Translations under genes and position numbers: made by a program
Part shown: one piece after another, positions 1-10,226 of the stretch
Numbering within the stretch: the stretch's first letter is position 1
How the letters are laid out: the number at the start of each line of letters is the position of its first letter
Source of the DNA: Candidatus Multivoradales bacterium
GTDB taxonomy: Bacteria > Acidobacteriota > Thermoanaerobaculia > Multivoradales > JAHEKO01
Direction of reading: 5' to 3'
Length of the DNA stretch: 64,000 bases
Assembly: GCA_965223155.1 (NCBI GenBank)
Contig: CBDCVR010000014.1
Coordinates: 864,001 to 928,000, forward strand
The notes under the pieces: model-generated
Databases searched by the model: none
What the model saw: only the letters and a program-made list of their open reading frames with translations
Told to the model about the DNA's origin: nothing

Positions 1-156
1 GATCTCGCGCGGCACCGACCGGTCGGAGAACTGGCGTACCGAGCGCCGGCGCTGCATCTCGACGAAAAAGCGCATGGCCCGCGCCTTCATCTCTTCTTCC
101 GGATACTCGATGTACTCGGTCAGCGGCAGAAACGCGTTGTTCGTGGCTTCGGTCAT
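1..156 (-). CDS. Nitroreductase family protein (iodotyrosine deiodinase-like), N-terminal part; runs off window edge
   Basis: Manual translation from ATG 156: MTEATNNAFLPLTEYIEYPEEEMKARAMRFFVEMQRRRSVRQFSDRSVPREI; RRSVRxF FMN-binding motif. Confidence 0.75.
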   Translation of the reverse strand, partial: MTEATNNAFLPLTEYIEYPEEEMKARAMRFFVEMQRRRSVRQFSDRSVPREI

Positions 157-283
157 GGGCGTCCTCGGCGGCTCCCTGCGGAGCGATTGATTCGTTCGGG
201 CCGCACGATACGACAAAGCCTCGCCTTTGGCACCAGCCGGCCGCAAGAAGCCGCGGCGGGCCTGAGGTGAGAGTCCCGCCGCG

Positions 284-571
284 CTAGCCGGAAGCCTGGG
301 CGATGCGCTCCGCCCGACGCTGCCAGCGGGCCCTGGCCTTGGCCCGTTCCTGCTCCCGGTCGCGCCGAGGAGCGCTTGTCTCGAGACCGTCCACGAGCTT
401 GCGGCTGGCCCGGGCGATCTCGGCCACCGCGGCGTCGAAGACAGCTTCGTTGACCTTGGACGGCTTGCGCATGCCGCTGATCTTGCGGACGTACTGCAAG
501 GCAGCGTCGTTGAGCTCCTCGTCGGTGGCCTCCGGCTCGAAGTTGAACAGAGGGCGAATGTTGCGGCACAT
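284..571 (-). CDS. DUF2277 family protein
   Basis: MCRNIRPLFNFEPEATDEE...AALQYVRKISG signature; ATG 571 within ORF 284..1468. Confidence 0.85.
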   Translation of the reverse strand: MCRNIRPLFNFEPEATDEELNDAALQYVRKISGMRKPSKVNEAVFDAAVAEIARASRKLVDGLETSAPRRDREQERAKARARWQRRAERIAQASG

Positions 572-592
572 AGGCGATCTCCTGCGGATAGG

Positions 593-1039
593 ATGGAACC
601 GCTCATGTCTACCATGCCGACGGTCAAGAGCGTGATGACGCCCTTTCCCTACACGATCGCCCTCGGAGACACGATTGCCCGGGCCCAGGATCTGATGGCC
701 GAGCATGAGATCCGGCATCTGCCGATCAAGGACGAGGACGGAGGTCTTCTGGGGGTGCTGAGCGAGCGGGAGGTCAACCGCCTTCTGGGACCCGACGGGA
801 CCGGTCCCGGTTCCGCCAGTGCCTTCCGTGTCCGCGACGCACCCATCCAAGACGTCTACGTCGTCGACATGGCGGCGCGGCTCGACGAAGTGGCCGAGAC
901 CATGGCCGACCGACGACTCGGCGCTGCCTTGGTCACCAAGGACGGCCGGCTGGCCGGCATCTTCACGGTCGTTGACGCCTGCCGGCTGCTGGCGGACTCG
1001 CTGCGGACTCAGTTCCCGGCGGGCGACGGCGCGGCCTAG
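593..1039 (+). CDS. CBS domain pair protein (start may be 605)
   Basis: VKSVMT...IRHLPI...LLGVLSERE and LAGIFTVVD CBS motifs. Confidence 0.85.
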   Translation: MEPLMSTMPTVKSVMTPFPYTIALGDTIARAQDLMAEHEIRHLPIKDEDGGLLGVLSEREVNRLLGPDGTGPGSASAFRVRDAPIQDVYVVDMAARLDEVAETMADRRLGAALVTKDGRLAGIFTVVDACRLLADSLRTQFPAGDGAA

Positions 1040-1213
1040 CAACTCGCTGCCATCGACACGGCCGGCCGGCAAAACCCGTTCGGCCCTCTCACCGAGTCTC
1101 CATAACGCAGCCGGTGAGAAATTGAGAAGATCGCGCCCAGGCGAACCTCGACGCCCCGGGGCCCGTACCAGCTCCTGAACCCGATGACCCACCGACCTTC
1201 GCGAGAGCCACCC

Positions 1214-2155
1214 ATGCAGCAAAGACTCCTCCGCACCGCGACCGCCCCCTTCCTTGCCTTCCTCCTGGCCTGTTCGCCACCGCTGGCGACACTCGGCACG
1301 GCGTCCGAAGTGCCGGGCCGGGCCGGCGGCGAGGACTTCGCCGCCTACTGGTACCAGGGAACCGCCGAAATCACCACCTACCGGCTCGAACAGGCCCGCT
1401 ACGGCGAGATCCACGAGGGCACCGCGGTTGCCATCTTCGTCACCGAGGATTTCTCGCGCTCCAAACACGTCAAGCTAGACCGGCCCGAGGCCGCGGGCGC
1501 CGACCGCGTCAAAGTGCTCAAGCTCAACCTGACCAAGGAGTTCCCCACCGGGGTCTATCCCTACTCGATGATGACCTCGGTCTTCACTCCCGTGGACCTG
1601 GACCGCGAGGCCAAGACCCTCAAGGTCACCACCTCCTCGCAAGAATGGTGCGGCCACACCTTCGAGCAGATCAACCGGACCGACGGCGGCTATACGGTCG
1701 AGCTCAGGTCCTATTTCGAGTCCGAAGGCGACCGGTCCGAACGTATCGGAGACGCCCACCTCGAAGACGGCCTCTGGACTTTGATCCGGCTCGATCCGTC
1801 CAAGCTTCCCACCGGCACTCTCGAAATGGTGCCGGGCACGATGTTCCAGAGGCTGCGGCACGCCGACCTTGCGGCCCAGCGCGTCCAAGCCCGCTTGGAA
1901 CCGGCCGACGGCGACTCCGGATCCTTGGAGTACACCGTACGCTATGCCGAGCTCGAGCGCACGCTCTCGATCCGGTTTGCCGCCGCGTTCCCCTACGAGA
2001 TCGAATCCTGGAAGGAAACCTACCGGTCCGGGTTCGGTCCGGGCGCCCGGACGCTCACCACCCGCGCCGTCGCCGCCAAGCGAACCATGCTCGACTACTG
2101 GCGCCGGAACTCGCGCGCGGACGCTCCACTTCGCACCGAGCTGGGCCTCGACTAG
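1214..2155 (+). CDS. Conserved exported/lipoprotein of unknown function
   Basis: Signal peptide with LLAC; YWYQGTAEIT..LEQARYGE and SSQEWCGH blocks; long ORF. Confidence 0.7.
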   Translation: MQQRLLRTATAPFLAFLLACSPPLATLGTASEVPGRAGGEDFAAYWYQGTAEITTYRLEQARYGEIHEGTAVAIFVTEDFSRSKHVKLDRPEAAGADRVKVLKLNLTKEFPTGVYPYSMMTSVFTPVDLDREAKTLKVTTSSQEWCGHTFEQINRTDGGYTVELRSYFESEGDRSERIGDAHLEDGLWTLIRLDPSKLPTGTLEMVPGTMFQRLRHADLAAQRVQARLEPADGDSGSLEYTVRYAELERTLSIRFAAAFPYEIESWKETYRSGFGPGARTLTTRAVAAKRTMLDYWRRNSRADAPLRTELGLD

Positions 2156-2183
2156 GCCGGCTAGGGCGCACCTAGGGGCCCTC

Positions 2184-3905
2184 CTAGGGTAGGCGACTCA
2201 GAACGACCTCGTCGGCCAGGAGCCGGCCCGACGCCCCCTTGGTGCCACTCGGAAACCCGAGGCGCACGGTAACCGCCGCTCGCCGTCCGGTCCGGAGATC
2301 GCCGAGCTCGCCGCGCATGCGCCCGCCCACGGTGAGGCGAGCAAGGCCGTCACCGGCACCGGCCGAAGACTCCCGCCGCCAGGCGACCTTCACCCGCGAT
2401 TCGTGGCGCTTGCCGATGGGCGCCGTTCCCACCAGCCTGCGGCCGCCCGCCTCGTTCACGTAGAGCGCCAGGCGGAACCGGCGCGGGCGAGGTTGTTCCA
2501 GAGTCAGGGCCAGATGCTCGCCGCGGCCGTCGGCGACGGTAAGGACATCCTCCTCGAGGCTCAGCCCGAGGTCAGCGACGCGCAAGACTAGTCCGGCCTC
2601 GAGATCGGCGAGTCTCCCTCCCGTCTTGGCGGCCACGACCGCCGCACCGCCCGCCGCCGAAGCCGAGAGCGCGAAGTCGCTTCCGGCGAGGCCGGCGGGA
2701 ACGACCTCGACGTCTCCCCGGCGCCTCCAACCTGTGAGATCGCCGCTCTCGAAGCCATCTGCGAAAACGTCAAGGCTGCTGATCGCAAGAACCCGTCCGG
2801 AAAAATCCAGCAATAGGAGCTCGCCCGCTTCGGTCTCGGCGAAGCTCACGATCGGAAGGCCGCTCTCCTCCAGCACTCGGGAAACCCAGCGGCCGTTGGC
2901 GTTGGGCCGAGCTCCCCAGATCGTGCCCGAGCAGAAGTCGCCGTAGACATAGAGACCTCGAAGAGGCGCTTCGCGGCGGCCGCGGTACCGAAAACCGCCC
3001 GTAACCGAACACCCGAGGTCGTGACCGTACTCGATGATCGCCGCCGTCAGCGCGCCGTCGTCACAATCTTCGGCTGGCTCGAAACAGTCCGAGCCCTCCT
3101 TGAGGCGCCAGCCGTAGTTCTCGCCGCCCCCGCTCGCCGCCGGCTGGAAGTTGATCTCCTCCGTGCGCTGCTGGCCCACGTCGCCAACCAGGAGATCGCC
3201 GGTCGTACGGTCGAACGAGAAACGCCAGGGATTCCGGAAACCGTAGGCCCAGATCTCGGGTAGTGCTTCGGGATCGCCAACGAACGGATTGTCGGGTGGC
3301 GCGGTTGCCGGCACGGTCGTGACGTCGAAGCGCAGGATCTTGCCGAGCGGGCTGGCCAGGCTCTGGGCGTTGTTGCCGGGATCGCCGCCGTTGCTGCCGT
3401 CGCCCGATCCAAGATACAGATAGCCGTCAGGACCGAAGGCGAGCTGGCCGGCGTTGTGGCCCGGCGTCGGCTGCTGGATACGGTACAGCTCGCGCTCGCT
3501 AGAGCGTTGCGCTCGGTCCCGGCCCGGTCCGGCGGCGCGCAGGCGCGAGATGACGTTATCGCCCCCCGCGTCCGTGTAGTTGATGAAGACGAAGCCGTTG
3601 TCGCCGAAGTCCGGGTGCGGCACGAAGCCCAGGAGCCCCTGCCCGCCGCAGCACGGCAATCGTCCGGAAAGATCCAGAAACGGGCGCCGTCGCCGCTTCC
3701 CCTCCGCGTCCAGGATCCACACCCGCCCCTCCTGTTCGGCGACAAAGAGCCTGCCGCTCCCGTCCGGCACCGGCGCCAGGGCAAGCGGCCGCTGCAACCC
3801 GACGGCGAGCTCGGTCAGCCGGAGTGTTGCCGACACTCGAGCGGCCGGCGCTGCCAGGGCAAGGATGCCGACAAAGATCAGGAAACGCGCGAATCGACGG
3901 TTCAT
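2184..3905 (-). CDS. PQQ-dependent glucose/sorbosone dehydrogenase family protein with C-terminal extra domain
   Basis: HNAGQLAFGPDGYLY, GKILR, IWAYGFRNPWRFSFD motifs; signal peptide; VFADGFESGD linker. Confidence 0.9.
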   Translation of the reverse strand: MNRRFARFLIFVGILALAAPAARVSATLRLTELAVGLQRPLALAPVPDGSGRLFVAEQEGRVWILDAEGKRRRRPFLDLSGRLPCCGGQGLLGFVPHPDFGDNGFVFINYTDAGGDNVISRLRAAGPGRDRAQRSSERELYRIQQPTPGHNAGQLAFGPDGYLYLGSGDGSNGGDPGNNAQSLASPLGKILRFDVTTVPATAPPDNPFVGDPEALPEIWAYGFRNPWRFSFDRTTGDLLVGDVGQQRTEEINFQPAASGGGENYGWRLKEGSDCFEPAEDCDDGALTAAIIEYGHDLGCSVTGGFRYRGRREAPLRGLYVYGDFCSGTIWGARPNANGRWVSRVLEESGLPIVSFAETEAGELLLLDFSGRVLAISSLDVFADGFESGDLTGWRRRGDVEVVPAGLAGSDFALSASAAGGAAVVAAKTGGRLADLEAGLVLRVADLGLSLEEDVLTVADGRGEHLALTLEQPRPRRFRLALYVNEAGGRRLVGTAPIGKRHESRVKVAWRRESSAGAGDGLARLTVGGRMRGELGDLRTGRRAAVTVRLGFPSGTKGASGRLLADEVVLSRLP

Positions 3906-4113
3906 CAATCTAGCCTATCGCCATCGCGCGGTCCGGGCCGGCCGTGCGGTGGCCTGATGGACGTCGCTCAGGGCGGCTTCGGCTTCCTGGTCACCCTGGG
4001 GCCGCGGTTGCGACGCCATCGGCATTTCGACAAAATGACGACAAGTCGAGTTGAGCAACTCAACGAGTCGAGCCAGCGCGCACTGGCGACTAATTGACAA
4101 GGAGGGATTCGAG

Positions 4114-6009
4114 ATGACGCAGCCCAAGCACCCGATCCTGGGATGGGTACTCAGGAGCTTCATGGCCGCGGGCCTTGGTATGGGACGTCACGGGGGACTT
4201 CACTGGGGCCTTGTCCGGGGCCCGCTTCTGGGCCTTCTCCTGATCGGGGTCCTCGTCTCGGCCGGAGCGGCGAGCGCCACCATCTACGTCGCGATGCCGG
4301 ACCGGGCTCTGCTCGAGCAAGCCGACCTGGTGGCCGAAGTCACGGTCTTGAACAAGCTCGGGTCTCTGGCCGGTACTCCGGCGGCGACCGACTACTTGGC
4401 CGTCGTCAACCGGACCGTCAAAGGCATTCCAGGCCGGCAGACGATCGTCCTTCGAAGCCCCGGCGGGTCGAGCATGGAGGGCGACGAGCTAGCCATCTCC
4501 GGGGCACCGGAGCTCCGGTCCGGAGATCGCCTGCTGGCCTTCCTTTACGCCGAGGGAGGCAACCGCTACTCCATTCTGCATCTCGGCCTGGGAGCCTTCT
4601 TCCGTCATGAGACGGACACCGGCGTTCTGGCGCTTCGGAGCCTCACCGGCACGACGCTTCTGGATTTCGACCTCGAGCCCACGAGCGACCCGGGGCGCGA
4701 CTACGAAGGCTTCATCGACTGGCTGGCGCGGCGCCAGCGCGGCCAAATCGAACCGGCCTCCTACTTCCGACGTGGCGAGGCTGCGGCAGCGTCCGACGGC
4801 GGCATTGGGCCGGCTGTCGAGCCGTTCCGGCTCACCAAGGTCAATCGCAAGCCGCTCCGCTGGTTCGAGTTCGACGACCGCAAGACCATCCCCTGGAAGA
4901 TCCGGAGCACGGACTCGAACGGCACGCAGAGCCAGTTCACCCAGTCCTTGAAGACCTGGAGCCGCTGCCCGGTCGACCTGCGTCTGGTCGGCGGCACCGG
5001 CAGCACCAACGGACTCAGCCGGTCCGACGGAACCAACGCGCTCATCTTCGGCGATCCCAAGAAGAACGTCGTCGGCATCTTCTCCTGCACCATGGGCGGC
5101 GTTCTGGCCGCCGGCGGCATCTGGTTCGATCCCTCTTCGACCGGAACCTACAAGGGCATGAAGTACATCCGCATCCGCGAGGCGGACATCGTGATCAACG
5201 ACGGCACCGAGTGCCTGCTGAGCACCAACAAGACCGCAGCCGCCGAGCTCTTTACCCACGAGATCGGGCACACCGTGGGCATCGATCACTCAGAGAAATC
5301 GGACGCGACCATGGCCGCGTTCTTCCACAACGACGGCCGCGGATCGAGTTTGCGAAGTGACGACATCAAGGCGCTCGAAACGCTGTACGGCACCTGTTCA
5401 AGCGGCGACGGCGGCGGCTCCGAGCCCGAGCCCGACGACCCCGAACCCGCCGCGGCGCTCGTGCCTCCGAGCAACTTGCGAGCCATGGCCCCGAAGGCCA
5501 AGCTAGTCCGGTTGCGCTGGAACGACAACAGCAAAGACGAGACCGCCTTTCAGATCTGGCGGCGCATCAAGGCCAAGCGCTGGAAGCTGTGGCAAACGGT
5601 CCCTGCCAACACCAAGGTGCTGACGAGCGACCAGGTCCGCCCGGGAACACCGTATACGTTCCGGGTACGCGCCCTGCGCGGCAGGGAGGCTTCCGAGTAC
5701 TCGAACGAGGCCCAGGTCAAGACACCCGCCAACCGGCTGGCCGCGCCCTCAGAGCTCACGGTCGAGGCAACCTCCCCGACCGAGGGCGTCCTCACCTGGA
5801 AGGACACCACCACCGGCGAGGCCAAGTTCCTGATCGAGCGCAAGCAAGGAGACGACGAGTGGCAGCCCTGGAAATCGGCTGACGCCAACTCCACCTCGAA
5901 GGAATTCGGAGACGGCGTCTCCGGCGCCACCTACAGCTTCCGCATGCGCGCCAAGAAAGCGGCGAAGTTCTCCAAGTACTCGAACATCGCCACCGTCACC
6001 ATGCCCTGA
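4114..6009 (+). CDS. Secreted matrixin-like (metzincin) metalloprotease with two fibronectin type III domains; start uncertain
   Basis: HEIGHTVGIDH zinc motif followed by Met-turn ATM; two PSxL..LxWxD..YxFRxRA..S.YSN FN3 repeats. Confidence 0.85.
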   Translation: MTQPKHPILGWVLRSFMAAGLGMGRHGGLHWGLVRGPLLGLLLIGVLVSAGAASATIYVAMPDRALLEQADLVAEVTVLNKLGSLAGTPAATDYLAVVNRTVKGIPGRQTIVLRSPGGSSMEGDELAISGAPELRSGDRLLAFLYAEGGNRYSILHLGLGAFFRHETDTGVLALRSLTGTTLLDFDLEPTSDPGRDYEGFIDWLARRQRGQIEPASYFRRGEAAAASDGGIGPAVEPFRLTKVNRKPLRWFEFDDRKTIPWKIRSTDSNGTQSQFTQSLKTWSRCPVDLRLVGGTGSTNGLSRSDGTNALIFGDPKKNVVGIFSCTMGGVLAAGGIWFDPSSTGTYKGMKYIRIREADIVINDGTECLLSTNKTAAAELFTHEIGHTVGIDHSEKSDATMAAFFHNDGRGSSLRSDDIKALETLYGTCSSGDGGGSEPEPDDPEPAAALVPPSNLRAMAPKAKLVRLRWNDNSKDETAFQIWRRIKAKRWKLWQTVPANTKVLTSDQVRPGTPYTFRVRALRGREASEYSNEAQVKTPANRLAAPSELTVEATSPTEGVLTWKDTTTGEAKFLIERKQGDDEWQPWKSADANSTSKEFGDGVSGATYSFRMRAKKAAKFSKYSNIATVTMP

Positions 6010-6229
6010 GGGCCGGCGCGGAACCGCGTATCCTCCTCAGAACCGAAGCCGGGAAGCCGCACACGGCGACTTGCGGCGCGTTCCCTGATCGACCGACGAG
6101 TGATCTCCGCCCTTGACCCCCGCGCCTGGCCTCGGTACAGTCCGGCCCGACGCCCCGGATCCTCGACTGTGGCGCGTCTCTAAATAGCCATCACAAAACA
6201 AGAATCCGAACTCAAACGGAGGAGCCTAT

Positions 6230-7246
6230 ATGTCGAAGCTCGCCAAGTTCGCCGCGGTTGCCGTGGCCCTGGTCGCGCTCTCCAGCGTTCCGGCGCTTGC
6301 CAACTGGGATCACCAGGTCGAGTCCACGCTGGAAGCCGATAACGGCAAGCATCCCAAGACGCTGACCCAGATGCTGGTCGTACCCGCGGCCGAAGGCCGG
6401 GGCAAGCGCAATCTCTGCGTCGGCTACGCCAACGATTTCAACAAGAAGAGCGCCGGCGATCTCAAGACGACTTTCGAGATTGCAGCCGTCGATCCAGTAA
6501 CCGAGGAAGAGTCCACCCAGAAGGTGGTCGTCCGCGGCACCCTGCGGCGCAACTTTCACATCAGCTGCCGCGAGGTCAAAGGACTCCAGCCTGGCGATAC
6601 GGTCATCGCCACCCATGAGTTCAAAGCGTTCCCCCGCTTCCGCGAGGGCACGATCAACATCATCGTCTCGATCGGCCGCGAGAAGCTCGAGCGCGACGCA
6701 CTGCTGCCGGCCCCGATTCCGCCCGCACCGCCCGCACCACCCGCTCCGCCGCCAGGCGGCGGTGGCGGCGGTGGCGACGGCGGCGGTGACGGCGGCGGCG
6801 GTGGCGGCGGGGGCACTCCGCCCCCGACCAGCGGCGCTCTGTCTGGAGCTGACCAGTCGGCGATCAACAAGCTCCGCGCTTGGGCCGCCGGCAGCCGCGG
6901 CGTCCAGCTGCGCATGCAGCCCGGCAACCGCCACTACGTGGATCGCCGAGTCAGCGGCGTGATCTCCGAGGTCGGTCCCTTTGGCTCGATCGCTGCCGCG
7001 GTCGATGCCCATTGCCGCGCCACCGGTTGCTCCGGCGGCGGCGGCCTGTCGGGCTCGGACCAGTCCTCGGTGGTCAAGATCCGCAACTGGTCGAACGGCA
7101 GCGGCCGGCGACTGGGCCTGCGCTTCGAAAGCGGCGGCCGGATCCATTTGGATTGGCAGCCGCCTCGCGAAGGCGTCCACACCGGTCCCTTCAGCTCGAT
7201 CACGGCGGCGGTCAACAACTTCTGCCGCATCACGCGAGCCTGCTAG
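6230..7246 (+). CDS. Secreted protein with Pro/Gly linker and duplicated C-terminal domain
   Basis: GGAGG RBS, signal peptide, downstream terminator. Confidence 0.8.
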   Translation: MSKLAKFAAVAVALVALSSVPALANWDHQVESTLEADNGKHPKTLTQMLVVPAAEGRGKRNLCVGYANDFNKKSAGDLKTTFEIAAVDPVTEEESTQKVVVRGTLRRNFHISCREVKGLQPGDTVIATHEFKAFPRFREGTINIIVSIGREKLERDALLPAPIPPAPPAPPAPPPGGGGGGGDGGGDGGGGGGGGTPPPTSGALSGADQSAINKLRAWAAGSRGVQLRMQPGNRHYVDRRVSGVISEVGPFGSIAAAVDAHCRATGCSGGGGLSGSDQSSVVKIRNWSNGSGRRLGLRFESGGRIHLDWQPPREGVHTGPFSSITAAVNNFCRITRAC

Positions 7247-7268
7247 GGCAGCCATCTCCGAAACGCAC

Positions 7269-7305
7269 AAAGCCCGCCGCGCACAAGCGCGGCGGGCTTT
7301 TTTTT
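7269..7305 (+). terminator. Rho-independent terminator
   Basis: AAAGCCCGCCGCGC-ACAA-GCGCGGCGGGCTTT followed by T run, between convergent genes. Confidence 0.9.
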
Positions 7306-7324
7306 CTCGGGCGGCGCGATTCGG

Positions 7325-8050
7325 CTAGCGGGCCGCGTCCAGGACCAGAGCCTCGAGCGCCAGATGCACCATCTCGTCGAAGGTGGATTGGCGCTCGTCC
7401 GACGAGGTGCTCTCGCCGGTGATGACGTGATCGCTCACAGTCATGATCCCGAGCGCTCGGGCGCCGCGCTCGGCGGCCAAGCCGTAGAGACCGGCGGCCT
7501 CCATCTCGACCGCCAGGACTCCCATCTTGAGCTTGGCGTCGAAAGGATTGGGCTCGGCACCGTAGAAGAGATCTGAGGTATGAACCAGGCCGGCCTTGGT
7601 CTCGATTCCAAGAGCATCGGCGGCGTCCGCCGCTGAGCGCAGAAGACCAAAGTCCGCGACCGCCGCGAAGTCCTTGCCGTCGTACCGGCGCCGGTTAACC
7701 AGCGAGTCGGTGCAAGCGCCCACCGCCAGGATGACGTCCCGGATGCCCACGGCCTCCGCGATACCACCGCAACTACCGACCCGGACCAGGCGGTTGACCC
7801 CATACTCGGCGACCAGCTCGGTGGCATAGATCGAAGCGGACGGAACACCCATCCCGGTACCCATGACCGAAACCGGCATGTCCTTGTAGCTGCCGGTGAA
7901 ACCGAGCATGTTGCGTACCGCCGTGACCTGCCGGGCGTCGTCCAGATGGTTGTCCGCGATGTGCTTGGCGCGGAGCGGGTCGCCCGGAAGCAGAACCGCT
8001 TCGGCGAAGTCGTCCGGCTGCGCGCTGATGTGAGGTGTCGGTGTCGCCAT
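7325..8050 (-). CDS. deoD: Purine nucleoside phosphorylase
   Basis: [41 protein letters not shown] motifs. Confidence 0.95.
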   Translation of the reverse strand: MATPTPHISAQPDDFAEAVLLPGDPLRAKHIADNHLDDARQVTAVRNMLGFTGSYKDMPVSVMGTGMGVPSASIYATELVAEYGVNRLVRVGSCGGIAEAVGIRDVILAVGACTDSLVNRRRYDGKDFAAVADFGLLRSAADAADALGIETKAGLVHTSDLFYGAEPNPFDAKLKMGVLAVEMEAAGLYGLAAERGARALGIMTVSDHVITGESTSSDERQSTFDEMVHLALEALVLDAAR

Positions 8051-8115
8051 AAGCTCTGTCCTTTCGTATGAGCGGTCGATACTAGCCTGATTTTCCTGCG
8101 GTAGAGTCTTCGCCG

Positions 8116-8937
8116 ATGCAACCCGAGCTCACACCGGGGACCTGGCGTCACCGCATGCACGAGGTGATCTTCGAGGCGGACACGCCGGCCGGGAAGCGGT
8201 TCGACGTGGCTCTGCTGATCGCCATCGTCATCAGCGTGGTGGCAGTCCTGCTGGAGAGCGTGGCCTCGATCCAGGCCCGCTACGGCCCGATCTTGAGAGC
8301 GATCGAGTGGGGCATCACGATTCTCTTCACCGTCGAGTACGCATTGCGCCTGATCAGCGTGGGCAAGCCCACCCGCTACGCCGTCAGCTTCTTCGGCATC
8401 GTGGATCTGCTCTCGATCGTACCCACATACTTGAGCGTCTTGATCGCCGGCAGTCAATCACTGCTCGTCATCCGAGCGCTACGGCTGCTGCGGATCTTCC
8501 GGGTGCTCAAGCTCGCCCACTTCCTGACCGAGGCCCATTCCCTCTATGCCGCGCTCAGGGCCTCGAGCCGCAAGATCATCGTCTTCCTGGGCGCGGTCCT
8601 GACCGTCACCTTGATCGTGGGCTCGGCTATGTATCTCATCGAGGGCCCGGAGAACGGCTTCACCAGCATCCCCACCGCCGTCTACTGGGCGATCGTCACC
8701 ATGACCACCGTCGGCTATGGCGATCTCTCGCCGCAGACGCCGGCCGGTCAGTTTCTGGCGTCGATCATCATGATTCTGGGCTACGGCATCATTGCCGTGC
8801 CCACCGGCATCGTTTCGGTCGAGATCGCCGCGGCCCTGCGCAACGCCACCCACACCACGGCCTGCACCGAGTGCGGGGGCGAAGGCCACGCCGTCGATGC
8901 CCGTCACTGCAAGTACTGTGGCGCGCTCCTCGACTAG
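8116..8937 (+). CDS. Voltage-gated potassium channel family ion transporter
   Basis: S4 [13 protein letters not shown], pore [10 protein letters not shown]-terminal CxxC..CxxC. Confidence 0.92.
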   Translation: MQPELTPGTWRHRMHEVIFEADTPAGKRFDVALLIAIVISVVAVLLESVASIQARYGPILRAIEWGITILFTVEYALRLISVGKPTRYAVSFFGIVDLLSIVPTYLSVLIAGSQSLLVIRALRLLRIFRVLKLAHFLTEAHSLYAALRASSRKIIVFLGAVLTVTLIVGSAMYLIEGPENGFTSIPTAVYWAIVTMTTVGYGDLSPQTPAGQFLASIIMILGYGIIAVPTGIVSVEIAAALRNATHTTACTECGGEGHAVDARHCKYCGALLD

Positions 8938-8948
8938 CAGCCAGAGGC

Positions 8949-9608
8949 TCACGTGCCGGGCGCGGCAACCGGTGGCGGCAGCAGTGCGTCGGCTCGAGCC
9001 CGAATCATCGCCCGCGCCTCGGCGAGCGCTCGGAGCGTACGGTCCGGAAGCTCGGGGACGCCGACCCGGCGCATGACCTGGTTCAACCGGAACAGGAGCC
9101 GCTCGTCGTCGGCGTAGTCGCGTAGAAACTCGGAGCTCCGGAGGCGGCTAAGAAACGGCGCGAGCCGCGTGGACGCACCGGCCACCCGATCCAGAGCCCC
9201 CTCCACGGCCTCGACGTCGAGCGTGGCGAGGCCGGCATAGTAGTCGTCCACCAGCCCGGGCTCACGCCGCGCCAGGGCGCTGTCCAGGAGCACCTCGACC
9301 GCGACGTGGCCGAAGAAGCTCAAGCGATGGCGGCCGTCGCGGCCGACGACAGCCCGCAGGAGAGCCGTGACCTCGCGGCTGGTCTCGACGAAGACGGGGT
9401 TGCGGTGAAACCAGCGATCGTCGTCCAAGTGCCGGCGGATCCCGGCGGCCAGCTCGACGTCCGCCGGTGAGGCCGGGGCAAACGCATTCACCTCGGCTTC
9501 GCGGATCCGGAGCTTGCGGTTTACGACCGAAAGCCAATCGGGCGCGGCCGTCCCCGCCAGGAACCAGGGACGATTGACGAACCGATAGCCGTGGCCGAGA
9601 TAGTTCAT
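8949..9608 (-). CDS. ACP phosphodiesterase-like hypothetical protein
   Basis: MNYLGH start; GIRRHLDDDRWFH metal-binding motif. Confidence 0.65.
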   Translation of the reverse strand: MNYLGHGYRFVNRPWFLAGTAAPDWLSVVNRKLRIREAEVNAFAPASPADVELAAGIRRHLDDDRWFHRNPVFVETSREVTALLRAVVGRDGRHRLSFFGHVAVEVLLDSALARREPGLVDDYYAGLATLDVEAVEGALDRVAGASTRLAPFLSRLRSSEFLRDYADDERLLFRLNQVMRRVGVPELPDRTLRALAEARAMIRARADALLPPPVAAPGT

Positions 9609-9660
9609 GGCGGACCGAGGCTACCGGACAACTTGGCAGCACCCTACGCCAAGCGGGGCG

Positions 9661-10038
9661 CTAGGCCGAGGCGGATTCGAAGATCTCCCGGATCAAGGTT
9701 GCGTCGTAAAAGGACCGGATCTCCTGGATCCGTCCCTCCTCGACCCGGATCCAGTCCACAGTCTCGACCACTCCCCGGGGCGTCCGATTCTCGAACCGGA
9801 CGGCCGCCGTCGAACCGCTGACGATGGTCTCCAGCACCACGATCTCGGCAACGCTCTTGCGAGCCATCGGCTCGACCGTATCGAGATACGATTCCCGGCC
9901 TTCGAAGCTCCCGAACGGGCTCGTATGGACAAAGTCCGGCGCCAGGTTCCGGCGGAGCCAGTCCATGTCGTACCGACGCCAGGCATCGAACCAGCCGGCG
10001 GCGAGCTCGGCGGTGCGTTCTCTCGAAGGTGCCCTCAT
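9661..10038 (-). CDS. SnoaL/NTF2-like protein
   Basis: WFDAW..D...LAPDFVHTSP..GR; terminal GRIQEIRSFYD. Confidence 0.8.
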   Translation of the reverse strand: MRAPSRERTAELAAGWFDAWRRYDMDWLRRNLAPDFVHTSPFGSFEGRESYLDTVEPMARKSVAEIVVLETIVSGSTAAVRFENRTPRGVVETVDWIRVEEGRIQEIRSFYDATLIREIFESASA

Positions 10039-10226
10039 CGTGTTCCCGCCCACCACGCGTCTGAGACGCCCGGTGGCGGCCTTGAGCGAGACTCTAGCCG
10101 ATTGGACCCGCCCGCGGCCCGAGAGCTGGTCTTCAGCCGGGCCGCGGCCCCTCGAGCTCGGGGGGTTCTGCGCCGATCCCGGCGGCGGCTACAATCATCT
10201 CCTCACAGCTCAAGGAACCGCAGACG

